DNA of 64,000 bases from Eledone cirrhosa (Eukaryota), in assembly GCA_964016885.1 (NCBI GenBank), contig OZ024747.1, forward strand, positions 43,214,001 to 43,278,000, given 5' to 3'. How positions within the stretch are numbered: the stretch's first letter is position 1; every line of letters begins with the position of its first letter. The translations under genes were made by a program, and so were the position numbers. Shown here piece after piece: positions 1 to 13,500 of this stretch. The notes under the pieces are model-generated. The model had not been told where the DNA came from. It saw nothing but the letters and a program-made list of their open reading frames with translations, and searched no databases.

Positions 1-3000
1 GTCACTTTTTGTTGTAACACCAAAACGACTGCTTTACAGTGTGGACTTTGCAGTTCTTGTTGTAGCACCAAAACGACTGCGTTACCGTGTGGGCTGGGCA
101 GTTTTTGTTGTAGCACCAAAACGACTGCTTTACAGTGTGGACTTGGCGCTTTTTGTTGTAGCACCAAAACAACTGCTTTACAGTGTGGACTTGGCAGTTT
201 TTGTTGTAGCACAAAAATGACTGCTTTACAGTGTGGACTTGGCAGTTTTTGTTGTAGCACCAAAACGACTGCTTTACAGTGTGGACTTGGCAGTTTTTGT
301 TGTAGCACCAAAACGACTGCGTTACAGTGTGGGCTGGGCAGTTTTTGTTGTAGCACCAAAACGACTGCTTTACAGTGTGGGCTGGGCAGTTTTTGTTGTA
401 GCACCAAAACGACTGCTTCACAGTGTGGGCTGGGCAGTTTTTGTTGTAGCACCAAAACGACTGCTTTACAGTGTGGGCTGGGCACTTTTTGTTGTAGCAC
501 CAAAACGACTGCTTTACAGTGTGGACTTGGCAGTTTTTGTTGTAGCACCAAAACGACTGCTTTACAGTGTGGGCTGGGCAGTTTTTGTTGTAGCACCAAA
601 ACGACTGCTTTACAGTGTGGGCTGGGCAGTTTTTGTTGTAGCACCAAAACGATTGCTTTACAGTGTGGACTTGGCGCTTTTTGTTGTAGCACCAAACGAC
701 TGCTTTACAGTGTGGGCTGGGCAGTTTTTGTTGTAGCACCAAAACGACTGCTTTACAGTGTGGACTTGGCGCTTTTTGTTGTAGCACCAAAACGACTGCT
801 TTACAGTGTGTGCTGGGCGGTTCTTGTTGTAGCACCAAAACGACTGCTTTACAGTGTAGGCTGGGCAGTTTTGTTGTAGCACCAAAACGACTGCTTTACA
901 GTGTGGACTTGGCAGTTTTTGTTGTAGCACCAAAACGACTGCTTTACAGTGTGTGCTGGGCGGTTCTTGTTGTAGCACCAAAACGACTATTTTACAGTGT
1001 GGACTTGACAGTTTTTGTTGTAGCACCAAAACGACTGCTTTACAGTGTGGACTTGGCACTTTTTGTTGTAGCACCAAAACGACTGCATTACAGTGTGGGC
1101 TGGGCAGTTTTTGTTGTAGCACCAAAACGACTGCTTTACACTGTGGACTTGGCACTTTTTGTTGTAGCACCAAAACGACTGCTTTACAGTGTGGGCTGGG
1201 AAGTTTTTGTTGTAGCACCAAAACGACTGCTTTACAGTGTGGGCTGGGCAGTTTTTGTTGTAGCACCAAAACGACTGCTTTACAGTGTGTGCTGGGCGGT
1301 TCTTGTTGTAGCACCAAAACGACTATTTTACAGTGTGGACTTGACAGTTTTTGTTGTAGCACCAAAACGACTGCTTTACAGTGTGGACTTGGCACTTTTT
1401 GTTGTAGCACCAAAACGACTGCATTACAGTGTGGGCTGGGCAGTTTTTGTTGTAGCACCAAAACGACTGCTTTACACTGTGGACTTGGCACTTTTTGTTG
1501 TAGCACCAAAACGACTGCTTTACAGTGTGGGCTGGGCAGTTTTTGTTGTAGCACCAAAACGACTGCTTTACAGTGTGGACTTGGCAGTTCTTGTTGTAGC
1601 ACCAAAACGACTACTTTACAGTGTGGACTTGGCACTTTTTGTTGTAGCACCAAAACGATTGCTTTACAGTGTGGACTTGGCAGTTTTTGTTGTAGCACCA
1701 AAACGACTGCTTTACAGTGTGGACTTGGCAGTTTTTGTTGTAGCCCAAAAATGACTGATTTACAGTGTGGACTTGGCAGTTTTTGTTGTAGCACCAAAAC
1801 GACTGCTTTACAGTGTGGACTTGGCAGTTTTTGTTGTAGCACCAAAACGACTGCTTTACAGTGTGGGCTGGGCAGTTTTTGTTGTAGCACCAAAACGACT
1901 GCTTTACAGTGTGGACTTGGCAGTTTTTGTTGTAGCACCAAAACGACTGCTTTACAGTGTGGGCTGGGCAGTTTTTGTTGTAGCACCAAAACGACTGCTT
2001 TACAGTGTGGGCTGGGCAGTTTTTGTTGTAGCACCAAAACGACTGCTTTACAGTGTGGACTTGGCAGTTTTTGTTGTAGCACCAAAACGACTGCTTTACA
2101 GTGTGGACTTGGCGCTTTTTGTTGTAGCACCAAAACGACTGCTTTACAGTGTGGACTTGGCACTTTTTGTTGTAGCACCAAAACGACTGCTTTACAGTGT
2201 GGGCTGGGCAGTTTTTGTTGTAGCACAAAAATGACTGCTTTATAGTGTGGACTTGGCAGTTTTTGTTGTAGCACCAAAACGACTGCTTTACAGTGTGGGC
2301 TGGTCACTTTTTGTTGTAACACCAAAACGACTGCTTTACATTGTGGACTTTGCAGTTCTTGTTGTAGCACCAAAACGACTGCGTTACAGTGTGGGCTGGG
2401 CAGTTTTTGTTGTAGCACCAAAACGACTGCTTTACAGGGTGGACTTGGCGCTTTTTGTTGTAGCACCAAAACAACTGCTTTACAGTGTGGACTTGGCAGT
2501 TTTTGTTGTAGCACAAAAATGACTGCTTTACAGTGTGGGCTGGGCAGTTTTTGTTGTAGCACCAAAACGACTGCTTTACAGTGTGGGCTGGGCAGTTTTT
2601 GTTGTAGCACCAAAACGACTGCTTCACAGTGTGGGCTGGGCAGTTTTTGTTGTAGCACCAAAACGACTGCTTTACAGTGTGGGCTGGGCACTTTTTGTTG
2701 TAGCACCAAAACGACTGCTTTACAGTGTGGACTTGGCAGTTTTTGTTGTAGCACCAAAACGACTGCTTTACAGTGTGGGCTGGGCAGTTTTTGTTGTAGC
2801 ACCAAAACGACTGCTTTACAGTGTGGGCTGGGCAGTTTTTGTTGTAGCACCAAAACGATTGCTTTACAGTGTGGACTTGGCGCTTTTTGTTGTAGCACCA
2901 AACGACTGCTTTACAGTGTGGGCTGGGCAGTTTTTGTTGTAGCACCAAAACGACTGCTTTACAGTGTGGACTTGGCGCTTTTTGTTGTAGCACCAAAACG

Positions 3001-3910
3001 ACTGCTTTACAGTGTGGGCTGGGCAGTTTTTGTTGTAGCACCAAAACGACTGCTTTACAGTGTGGACTTGGCAGTTTTTGTTGTAGCACCAAAACGACTG
3101 CTTTACAGTGTGGACTTGGCAGTTTTTGTTGTAGCACCAAAACGACTGCTTTACAGTGTGGGCTGGGCAGTTTTGTTGTAGCACCAAAACGACTGCTTTA
3201 CAGTGTGGACTTGGCAGTTTTTGTTGTAGCACCAAAACGACTGCTTTACAGTGTGTGCTGGGCGGTTCTTGTTGTAGCACCAAAACGACTATTTTACAGT
3301 GTGGACTTGACAGTTTTTGTTGTAGCACCAAAACGACTGCTTTACAGTGTGGACTTGGCACTTTTTGTTGTAGCACCAAAACGACTGCATTACAGTGTGG
3401 GCTGGGCAGTTTTTGTTGTAGCACCAAAACGACTGCTTTACACTGTGGACTTGGCACTTTTTGTTGTAGCACCAAAACGACTGCTTTACAGTGTGGGCTG
3501 GGAAGTTTTTGTTGTAGCACCAAAACGACTGCTTTACAGTGTGGGCTGGGCAGTTTTTGTTGTAGCACCAAAACGACTGCTTTACAGTGTGTGCTGGGCG
3601 GTTCTTGTTGTAGCACCAAAACGACTATTTTACAGTGTGGACTTGACAGTTTTTGTTGTAGCACCAAAACGACTGCTTTACAGTGTGGACTTGGCACTTT
3701 TTGTTGTAGCACCAAAACGACTGCATTACAGTGTGGGCTGGGCAGTTTTTGTTGTAGCACCAAAACGACTGCTTTACACTGTGGACTTGGCACTTTTTGT
3801 TGTAGCACCAAAACGACTGCTTTACAGTGTGGGCTGGGCAGTTTTTGTTGTAGCACCAAAACGACTGCTTTACAGTGTGGGCTGGGCAGTTTTTGTTGTA
3901 GCACCAAAAC

Positions 3911-6900
3911 GACTGCTTTACAGTGTGGACTTGGCAGTTCTTGTTGTAGCACCAAAACGACTACTTTACAGTGTGGACTTGGCACTTTTTGTTGTAGCAC
4001 CAAAACGATTGCTTTACAGTGTGGACTTGGCAGTTTTTGTTGTAGCACCAAAACGACTGCTTTACAGTGTGGACTTGGCAGTTTTTGTTGTAGCCCCAAA
4101 ATGACTGATTTACAGTGTGGACTTGGCAGTTTTTGTTGTAGCACCAAAACGACTGCTTTACAGTGTGGACTTGGCAGTTTTTGTTGTAGCACCAAAACGA
4201 ATGCTTTACAGTGTGGGCTGGGCAGTTTTTGTTGTAGCACCAAAACGACTGCTTTACAGTGTGGACTTGGCAGTTTTTGTTGTAGCACCAAAACGACTGC
4301 TTTACAGTGTGGGCTGGGCAGTTTTTGTTGTAGCACCAAAACGACTGCTTTACAGTGTGGGCTGGGCAGTTTTTGTTGTAGCACCAAAACGACTGCTTTA
4401 CAGTGTGGACTTGGCAGTTTTTGTTGTAGCACAAAAATGACTGCTTTACAGTGTGGACTTGGCAGTTTTTGTTGTAGCACCAAAACGACTGCTTTACAGT
4501 GTGGTCTTGGCACTTTTTGTTGTAGCACCAAAACGACTGCTTTACAGTGTGGGCTGGGCAGTTTTTGTTGTAGCACCAAAACGACTGCTTTACAGTGTGG
4601 GCTGGGCAGTTTTTGTTGTAGCACCAAAACGACTGCTTTACAGTGTGGGCTGGTCACTTTTTGTTGTAACACCAAAACGACTGCTTTACAGTGTGGACTT
4701 TGCAGTTCTTGTTGTAGCACCAAAACGACTGCGTTACAGTGTGGACTTGGCACTTTTTGTTGTAGCACCAAAACGACTGCTTTACAGTGTGGACTTGGCG
4801 CTTTTTGTTGTAGCACCAAAACGACTGCTTTACAGTGTGGACTTGGCACTTTTTGTTGTAGCACCAAAACGACTGCTTTACAGTGTGGGCTAGGCAGTTT
4901 TTGTTGTAGCACCAAAACGACTGCTTTACAGTGTGGGCTGGGCAGTTTTTGTTGTAGCACCAAAACGACTGCTTTACAGTGTGGACTTTGCAGTTCTTGT
5001 TGTAGCACCAAAACGACTGCTTTACAGTGTGGGCTGGGCAGTTTTTGTTGTAGCACCAAAACGACTGCTTTACAGTGTGGACTTGGCGCTTTTTGTTGTA
5101 GCACCAAAACAACTGCTTTACAATGTGGACTTGGCAGTTTTTGTTGTAGCACAAAAATGACTGCTTTACAGTGTGGACTTGGCAGTTTTTGTTGTAGCAC
5201 CAAAACGACTGCTTTACAGTGTGGACTTGGCAGTTTTTGTTGTAGCACCAAAACGACTGCGTTACAGTGTGGGCTGGGCAGTTTTTGTTGTAGCACCAAA
5301 ACGACTGCTTTACAGTGTGGGCTGGGCAGTTTTTGTTGTAGCACCAAAACGACTGCTTCACAGTGTGGGCTGGGCAGTTTTTGTTGTAGCACCAAAACGA
5401 CTGCTTTACAGTGTGGGCTGGGCAGTTTTTGTTGTAGCACCAAAACGACTGCTTTACAGTGTGGGCTGGGCAGTTTTTGTTGTAGCACCAAAACGACTGC
5501 TTTACAGTGTGGACTTGGCGCTTTTTGTTGTAGCACCAAACGACTGCTTTACAGTGTGGGCTGGGCAGTTTTTGTTGTAGCACCAAAACGACTGCTTTAC
5601 AGTGTGGACTTGGCGCTTTTTGTTGTAGCACCAAAACGACTGCTTTACAGTGTGGGCTGGGCAGTTTTTGTTGTAGCACCAAAACGACTGCTTTACAGTG
5701 TGGACTTGGCAGTTTTTGTTGTAGCACCAAAACGACTGCTTTACAGTGTGGACTTGCCAGTTTTTGTTGTAGCACCAAAACGGCTGCTTTACAGTGTGGG
5801 CTGGGCAGTTTTGTTGTAGCACCAAAACGACTGCTTTACAGTGTGGACTTGGCAGGTTTTGTTGTAGCACCAAAACGACTGCTTTACAGTGTGGACTTGG
5901 CACTTTTTGTTGTTGCACCAAAACAACTGCTTTACAGTGTGGGCTGGGCAGTTTTTGTTGTAGCACCAAAACGACTGCTTTATAGTGTGGACTTGGCAGT
6001 TCTTGTTGTAGCACCAAAACGACTACTTTACAGTGTGGACTTGGCACTTTTTCTTGTAGCACCAAAACGATTGCTTTACAGTGTGGGCTGGGCAGTTTTT
6101 GTTGTAGCACCAAAACGACTGCTTTACAGTGTGGACTTGGCAGTTCTTGTTGTAGCACCAAAACGACTACTTTACAGTGTGGACTTGGCAGTTTTTGTTG
6201 TAGCACCAAAACGACTGCTTTACAGTGTCGACTTGGCACTTTTTGTTGTAGCACCAAAACGACTGCTTTACAGTGTGGACTTGGCAGTTTTTGTTGTAGC
6301 ACCAAAACGACTGCTTTACAGTGTGGGCTGTGCAGTTTTTGTTGTTGCACCAAAACGACTGCTTTACAGTGTGCACTTGGCACTTTTTGTTGTAGCACCA
6401 AAACGACTGCTTTACAGTGTGGGCTTGGCAGTTTTTGTTGTAGCACCAAAACGACTGCTTTACAGTGTGGGCTGGGCAGTTTTTGTTGTAGCACCAAAAC
6501 GACTGCTTTACAGTGTGGACTTGGCGCTTTTTGTTGTAGCACCAAAACGACTGCTTTACAGTGTGGGCTGGGCAGTTTTTGTTGTAGCACCAAAACGACT
6601 GCTTTACAGTGTGGGCCGGGCAGTTTTTGTTGTAGCACCAAAACGACTGCTTTACAGTGTGGACTTGGCAGTTTTTGTTGTAGCACCAAAACGACTGCTT
6701 TACAGTGTGGGCTGGGCAGTTTTTGTTGTAGCACCAAAACGACTGCTTTACAGTGTGGACTTGGCGCTTTTTGTTGTAGCACCAAAACAACTGCTTTACA
6801 GTGTGGACTTGGCAGTTTTTGTTGTAGCACAAAAATGACTGCTTTACAGTGTGGACTTGGCAGTTCTTGTTGTAGCACCAAAACGACTACTTTACAGTGT

Positions 6901-9790
6901 GGACTTGGCACTTTTTGTTGTAGCACCAAAACGATTGCTTTACAGTGTGGACTTGGCAGTTTTTGTTGTAGCACCAAAACGACTGCTTTACAGTGTGGAC
7001 TTGGCAGTTTTTGTTGTAGCCCCAAAATGACTGATTTACAGTGTGGACTTGGCAGTTTTTGTTGTAGCACCAAAACGACTGCTTTACAGTGTGGACTTGG
7101 CAGTTTTTGTTGTAGCACCAAAACGAATGCTTTACAGTGTGGGCTGGGCAGTTTTTGTTGTAGCACCAAAACGACTGCTTTACAGTGTGGACTTGGCAGT
7201 TTTTGTTGTAGCACCAAAACGACTGCTTTACAGTGTGGGCTGGGCAGTTTTTGTTGTAGCACCAAAACGACTGCTTTACAGTGTGGGCTGGGCAGTTTTT
7301 GTTGTAGCACCAAAACGACTGCTTTACAGTGTGGACTTGGCAGTTTTTGTTGTAGCACAAAAATGACTGCTTTACAGTGTGGACTTGGCAGTTTTTGTTG
7401 TAGCACCAAAACGACTGCTTTACAGTGTGGTCTTGGCACTTTTTGTTGTAGCACCAAAACGACTGCTTTACAGTGTGGGCTGGGCAGTTTTTGTTGTAGC
7501 ACCAAAACGACTGCTTTACAGTGTGGGCTGGGCAGTTTTTGTTGTAGCACCAAAACGACTGCTTTACAGTGTGGGCTGGTCACTTTTTGTTGTAACACCA
7601 AAACGACTGCTTTACAGTGTGGACTTTGCAGTTCTTGTTGTAGCACCAAAACGACTGCGTTACAGTGTGGACTTGGCACTTTTTGTTGTAGCACCAAAAC
7701 GACTGCTTTACAGTGTGGACTTGGCGCTTTTTGTTGTAGCACCAAAACGACTGCTTTACAGTGTGGACTTGGCACTTTTTGTTGTAGCACCAAAACGACT
7801 GCTTTACAGTGTGGGCTAGGCAGTTTTTGTTGTAGCACCAAAACGACTGCTTTACAGTGTGGGCTGGGCAGTTTTTGTTGTAGCACCAAAACGACTGCTT
7901 TACAGTGTGGACTTTGCAGTTCTTGTTGTAGCACCAAAACGACTGCTTTACAGTGTGGGCTGGGCAGTTTTTGTTGTAGCACCAAAACGACTGCTTTACA
8001 GTGTGGACTTGGCGCTTTTTGTTGTAGCACCAAAACAACTGCTTTACAATGTGGACTTGGCAGTTTTTGTTGTAGCACAAAAATGACTGCTTTACAGTGT
8101 GGACTTGGCAGTTTTTGTTGTAGCACCAAAACGACTGCTTTACAGTGTGGACTTGGCAGTTTTTGTTGTAGCACCAAAACGACTGCGTTACAGTGTGGGC
8201 TGGGCAGTTTTTGTTGTAGCACCAAAACGACTGCTTTACAGTGTGGGCTGGGCAGTTTTTGTTGTAGCACCAAAACGACTGCTTCACAGTGTGGGCTGGG
8301 CAGTTTTTGTTGTAGCACCAAAACGACTGCTTTACAGTGTGGGCTGGGCAGTTTTTGTTGTAGCACCAAAACGACTGCTTTACAGTGTGGGCTGGGCAGT
8401 TTTTGTTGTAGCACCAAAACGACTGCTTTACAGTGTGGACTTGGCGCTTTTTGTTGTAGCACCAAACGACTGCTTTACAGTGTGGGCTGGGCAGTTTTTG
8501 TTGTAGCACCAAAACGACTGCTTTACAGTGTGGACTTGGCGCTTTTTGTTGTAGCACCAAAACGACTGCTTTACAGTGTGGGCTGGGCAGTTTTTGTTGT
8601 AGCACCAAAACGACTGCTTTACAGTGTGGACTTGGCAGTTTTTGTTGTAGCACCAAAACGACTGCTTTACAGTGTGGACTTGCCAGTTTTTGTTGTAGCA
8701 CCAAAACGACTGCTTTACAGTGTGGGCTGGGCAGTTTTGTTGTAGCACCAAAACGACTGCTTTACAGTGTGGACTTGGCAGGTTTTGTTGTAGCACCAAA
8801 ACGACTGCTTTACAGTGTGGACTTGGCACTTTTTGTTGTTGCACCAAAACAACTGCTTTACAGTGTGGGCTGGGCAGTTTTTGTTGTAGCACCAAAACGA
8901 CTGCTTTATAGTGTGGACTTGGCAGTTCTTGTTGTAGCACCAAAACGACTACTTTACAGTGTGGACTTGGCACTTTTTCTTGTAGCACCAAAACGATTGC
9001 TTTACAGTGTGGGCTGGGCAGTTTTTGTTGTAGCACCAAAACGACTGCTTTACAGTGTGGACTTGGCAGTTCTTGTTGTAGCACCAAAACGACTACTTTA
9101 CAGTGTGGACTTGGCAGTTTTTGTTGTAGCACCAAAACGACTGCTTTACAGTGTCGACTTGGCACTTTTTGTTGTAGCACCAAAACGACTGCTTTACAGT
9201 GTGGACTTGGCAGTTTTTGTTGTAGCACCAAAACGACTGCTTTACAGTGTGGGCTGTGCAGTTTTTGTTGTTGCACCAAAACGACTGCTTTACAGTGTGC
9301 ACTTGGCACTTTTTGTTGTAGCACCAAAACGACTGCTTTACAGTGTGGGCTTGGCAGTTTTTGTTGTAGCACCAAAACGACTGCTTTACAGTGTGGGCTG
9401 GGCAGTTTTTGTTGTAGCACCAAAACGACTGCTTTACAGTGTGGACTTGGCGCTTTTTGTTGTAGCACCAAAACGACTGCTTTACAGTGTGGGCTGGGCA
9501 GTTTTTGTTGTAGCACCAAAACGACTGCTTTACAGTGTGGGCCGGGCAGTTTTTGTTGTAGCACCAAAACGACTGCTTTACAGTGTGGACTTGGCAGTTT
9601 TTGTTGTAGCACCAAAACGACTGCTTTACAGTGTGGGCTGGGCAGTTTTTGTTGTAGCACCAAAACGACTGCTTTACAGTGTGGACTTGGCGCTTTTTGT
9701 TGTAGCACCAAAACAACTGCTTTACAGTGTGGACTTGGCAGTTTTTGTTGTAGCACAAAAATGACTGCTTTACAGTGTGGACTTGGCAGT
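3911..9790 (+). repeat. Higher-order tandem duplication, period 2926 bp (61 monomers minus 2 bp)
   Basis: Rare variants recur at +2926 (CGAATG 4201/7127; 3-A deletion 5535/8461). ORF pairs 3961/6887, 4654/7580 and 5843/8769 are offset by 2926. Confidence 0.9.
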
Positions 9791-10509
9791 TTTTGTTGTA
9801 GCACCAAAACGACTGCTATACAGTGTGGACTTGGCAGTTTTTGTTGTAGCACCAAAACGACTGCGTTACAGTGTGGGCTGGGCAGTTTTTGTTGTAGCAC
9901 CAAAACGACTGCTTTACAGTGTGGGCTGGGCAGTTTTTGTTGTAGCACCAAAACGACTGCTTCACAGTGTGGGCTGGGCAGTTTTTGTTGTAGCACCAAA
10001 ACGACTGCTTTACAGTGTGGGCTGGGCAGTTTTTGTTGTAGCACCAAAACGACTGCTTTACAGTGTGGGCTGGGCAGTTTTTGTTGTAGCACCAAAACGA
10101 CTGCTTTACAGTGTGGACTTGGCAGTTTTTGTTGTAGCACCAAAACGACTGCTTTACAGTGTGGACTTGGCAGTTTTTGTTGTAGCACCAAAACGACTGC
10201 TTTACAGTGTGGGCTGGGCAGTTTTGTTGTAGCACCAAAACGACTGCTTTACAGTGTGGAATTGGCAGTTTTTGTTGTAGCACCAAAACGACTGCTTTAC
10301 AGTGTGGACTTGGCACTTTTTGTTGTTGCACCAAAACAACTGCTTTACAGTGTGGGGTGGGAAGTTTTTGTTGTAGCACCAAAACGACTGCTTTACAGTG
10401 TGGGCTGGGCAGTTTTTGTTGTAGCACCAAAACGACTGCTTTACAGTGTGTGCTGGGCGGTTCTTGTTGTAGCACCAAAACGACTACTTTACAGTGTGGA
10501 CTTGACAGT

Positions 10510-13500
10510 TTTTGTTGTAGCACCAAAACGACTGCTTTACAGTGTGGACTTGGCACTTTTTGTTGTAGCACCAAAACGACTGCTTTACAGTGTGGGCTGG
10601 GCAGTTTTTGTTGTAGCACCAAAACGACTGCTTTACACTGTGGACTTGGCACTTTTTGTTGTAGCACCAAAACGACTGCTTTACAGTGTGGGCTGGGCAG
10701 TTTTTGTTGTAGCACCAAAACGACTGCTTTATAGTGTGGACTTGGCAGTTCTTGTTGTAGCACCAAAACGACTACTTTACAGTGTTGACTTGGCACTTTT
10801 TGTTGTAGCACCAAAACGATTGCTTTACAGTGTGGGCTGGGCAGTTTTTGTTGTAGCCCCAAAACGACTGCTTTACAGTGTGGACTTGGCAGTTCTTGTT
10901 GTAGCACCAAAACGACTACTTTACAGTGTGGACTTGGCAGTTTTTGTTGTAGCACCAAAACGACTGCTTTACAGTGTCGACTTGGCACTTTTTGTTGTAG
11001 CACCAAAACGACTGCTTTACAGTGTGGACTTGGCAGTTTTTGTTGTAGCACCAAAACGACTGCTTTACAGTGTGGGCTGTGCAGTTTTTGTTGTTGCACC
11101 AAAACGACTGCTTTACAGTGTGCACTTGGCACTTTTTGTTGTAGCACCAAAACGACTGCTTTACAGTGTGGGCTTGGCAGTTTTTGTTGTAGCACCAAAA
11201 CGACTGCTTTACAGTGTGGGCTGGGCAGTTTTTGTTGTAGCACCAAAACGACTGCTTTACAGTGTGGACATGGCGCTTTTTGTTGTAGCACCAAAACGAC
11301 TGCTTTACAGTGTGGGCTGGGCAGTTTTTGTTGTAGCACCAAAACGACTGCTTTACAGTGTGGGCTGGGCAGTTTTTGTTGTAGTACCAAAACGACTGCT
11401 TTACAGTGTGGGCTGGGCAGTTTTTGTTGTAGCACCAAAACGACTGCTTTACAGTGTGGACTTGGCAGTTTTTGTTGTAGCACCAAAACCACTGCTTTAC
11501 AGTGTGGGCTGGGCAGTTTTTGTTGTAGCACCAAAACGACTGCTTTACAGTGTGGACTTGGCGCTTTTTGTTGTAGCACCAAAACGACTGCTTTACAGTG
11601 TGGGCTGGGCAGTTTTTGTTGTAGCACCAAAACGACTGCTTTACAGTGTGGGCCGGGCAGTTTTTGTTGTAGCACCAAAACGACTGCTTTACAGTGTGGG
11701 CTGGGCAGTTTTTGTTGTAGTACCAAAACGACTGCTTTACAGTGTGGGCTGGGCAGTTTTTGTTGTAGCACCAAAACGACTGCTTTACAGTGTGGACTTG
11801 GCACTTTTTGTTGTAGCACCAAAACGACTGCTTTACAGTGTGGGCTGGGCAGTTTTTGTTGTAGCACCAAAACGACTGCTTTACAGTGTGGGCTGGGCAG
11901 TTTTTGTTGTAGCACCAAAACGACTGCTTTACAGTGTGGGCTGGGCAGTTTTTGTTGTAGCACCAAAACGACTGCTTTACAGTGTGGGCTGGGCACATTT
12001 TGTTGTAACACCAAAACGACTGCTTTACAGTGTGGGCTGGGCAGTTTTTGTTGTAGCACCAAAACGACTGCTTCACAGTGTGGGCTGGGCAGTTTTTGTT
12101 GTAGCACCAAAACGACTGCTTTACAGTGTGGGCTGGGCACTTTTTGTTGTAGCACCAAAACGACTGCTTTACAGTGTGGACTTGGCAGTTTTTGTTGTAG
12201 CACCAAAACGACTGCTTTACAGTGTGGGCTGGGCAGTTTTTGTTGTAGCACCAAAACGACTGCTTTACAGTGTGGGCTGGGCAGTTTTTGTTGTAGCACC
12301 AAAACGACTGCTTTACAGTGTGGACTTGGCGCTTTTTGTTGTAGCACCAAACGACTGCTTTACAGTGTGGGCTGGGCAGTTTTTGTTGTAGCACCAAAAC
12401 GACTGCTTTACAGTGTGGACTTGGCGCTTTTTGTTGTAGCACCAAAACGACTGCTTTACAGTGTGGGCTGGGCAGTTTTTGTTGTAGCACCAAAACGACT
12501 GCTTTACAGTGTGGACTTGGCAGTTTTTGTTGTAGCACCAAAACGACTGCTTTACAGTGTGGACTTGGCAGTTTTTGTTGTAGCACCAAAACGACTGCTT
12601 TACAGTGTGGGCTGGGCAGTTTTGTTGTAGCACCAAAACGACTGCTTTACAGTGTGGACTTGGCAGTTTTTGTTGTAGCACCAAAACGACTGCTTTACAG
12701 TGTGGACTTGGCACTTTTTGTTGTAGCACCAAAACGACTGCTTTACAGTGTGGGCTGGGCAGTTTTTGTTGTAGCACCAAAACGACTGCTTTACACTGTG
12801 GACTTGGCACTTTTTGTTGTAGCACCAAAACGACTGCTTTACAGTGTGGGCTGGGCAGTTTTTGTTGTAGCACCAAAACGACTGCTTTATAGTGTGGACT
12901 TGGCAGTTCTTGTTGTAGCACCAAAACGACTACTTTACAGTGTGGACTTGGCACTTTTTGTTGTAGCACCAAAACGATTGCTTTACAGTGTGGGCTGGGC
13001 AGTTTTTGTTGTAGCACCAAAACGACTGCTTTACAGTGTGGACTTGGCAGTTCTTGTTGTAGCACCAAAACGACTACTTTACAGTGTGGACTTGGCAGTT
13101 TTTGTTGTAGCACCAAAACGACTGCTTTACAGTGTCGACTTGGCACTTTTTGTTGTAGCACCAAAACGACTGCTTCACAGTGTGGACTTGGCAGTTTTTG
13201 TTGTAGCACCAAAACGACTGCTTTACAGTGTGGGCTGTGCAGTTTTTGTTGTTGCACCAAAACGACTGCTTTACAGTGTGCACTTGGCACTTTTTGTTGT
13301 AGCACCAAAACGACTGCTTTACAGTGTGGGCTTGGCAGTTTTTGTTGTAGCACCAAAACGACTGCTTTACAGTGTGGGCTGGGCAGTTTTTGTTGTAGCA
13401 CCAAAACGACTGCTTTACAGTGTGGACATGGCGCTTTTTGTTGTAGCACCAAAACGACTGCTTTACAGTGTGGGCTGGGCAGTTTTTGTTGTAGCACCAA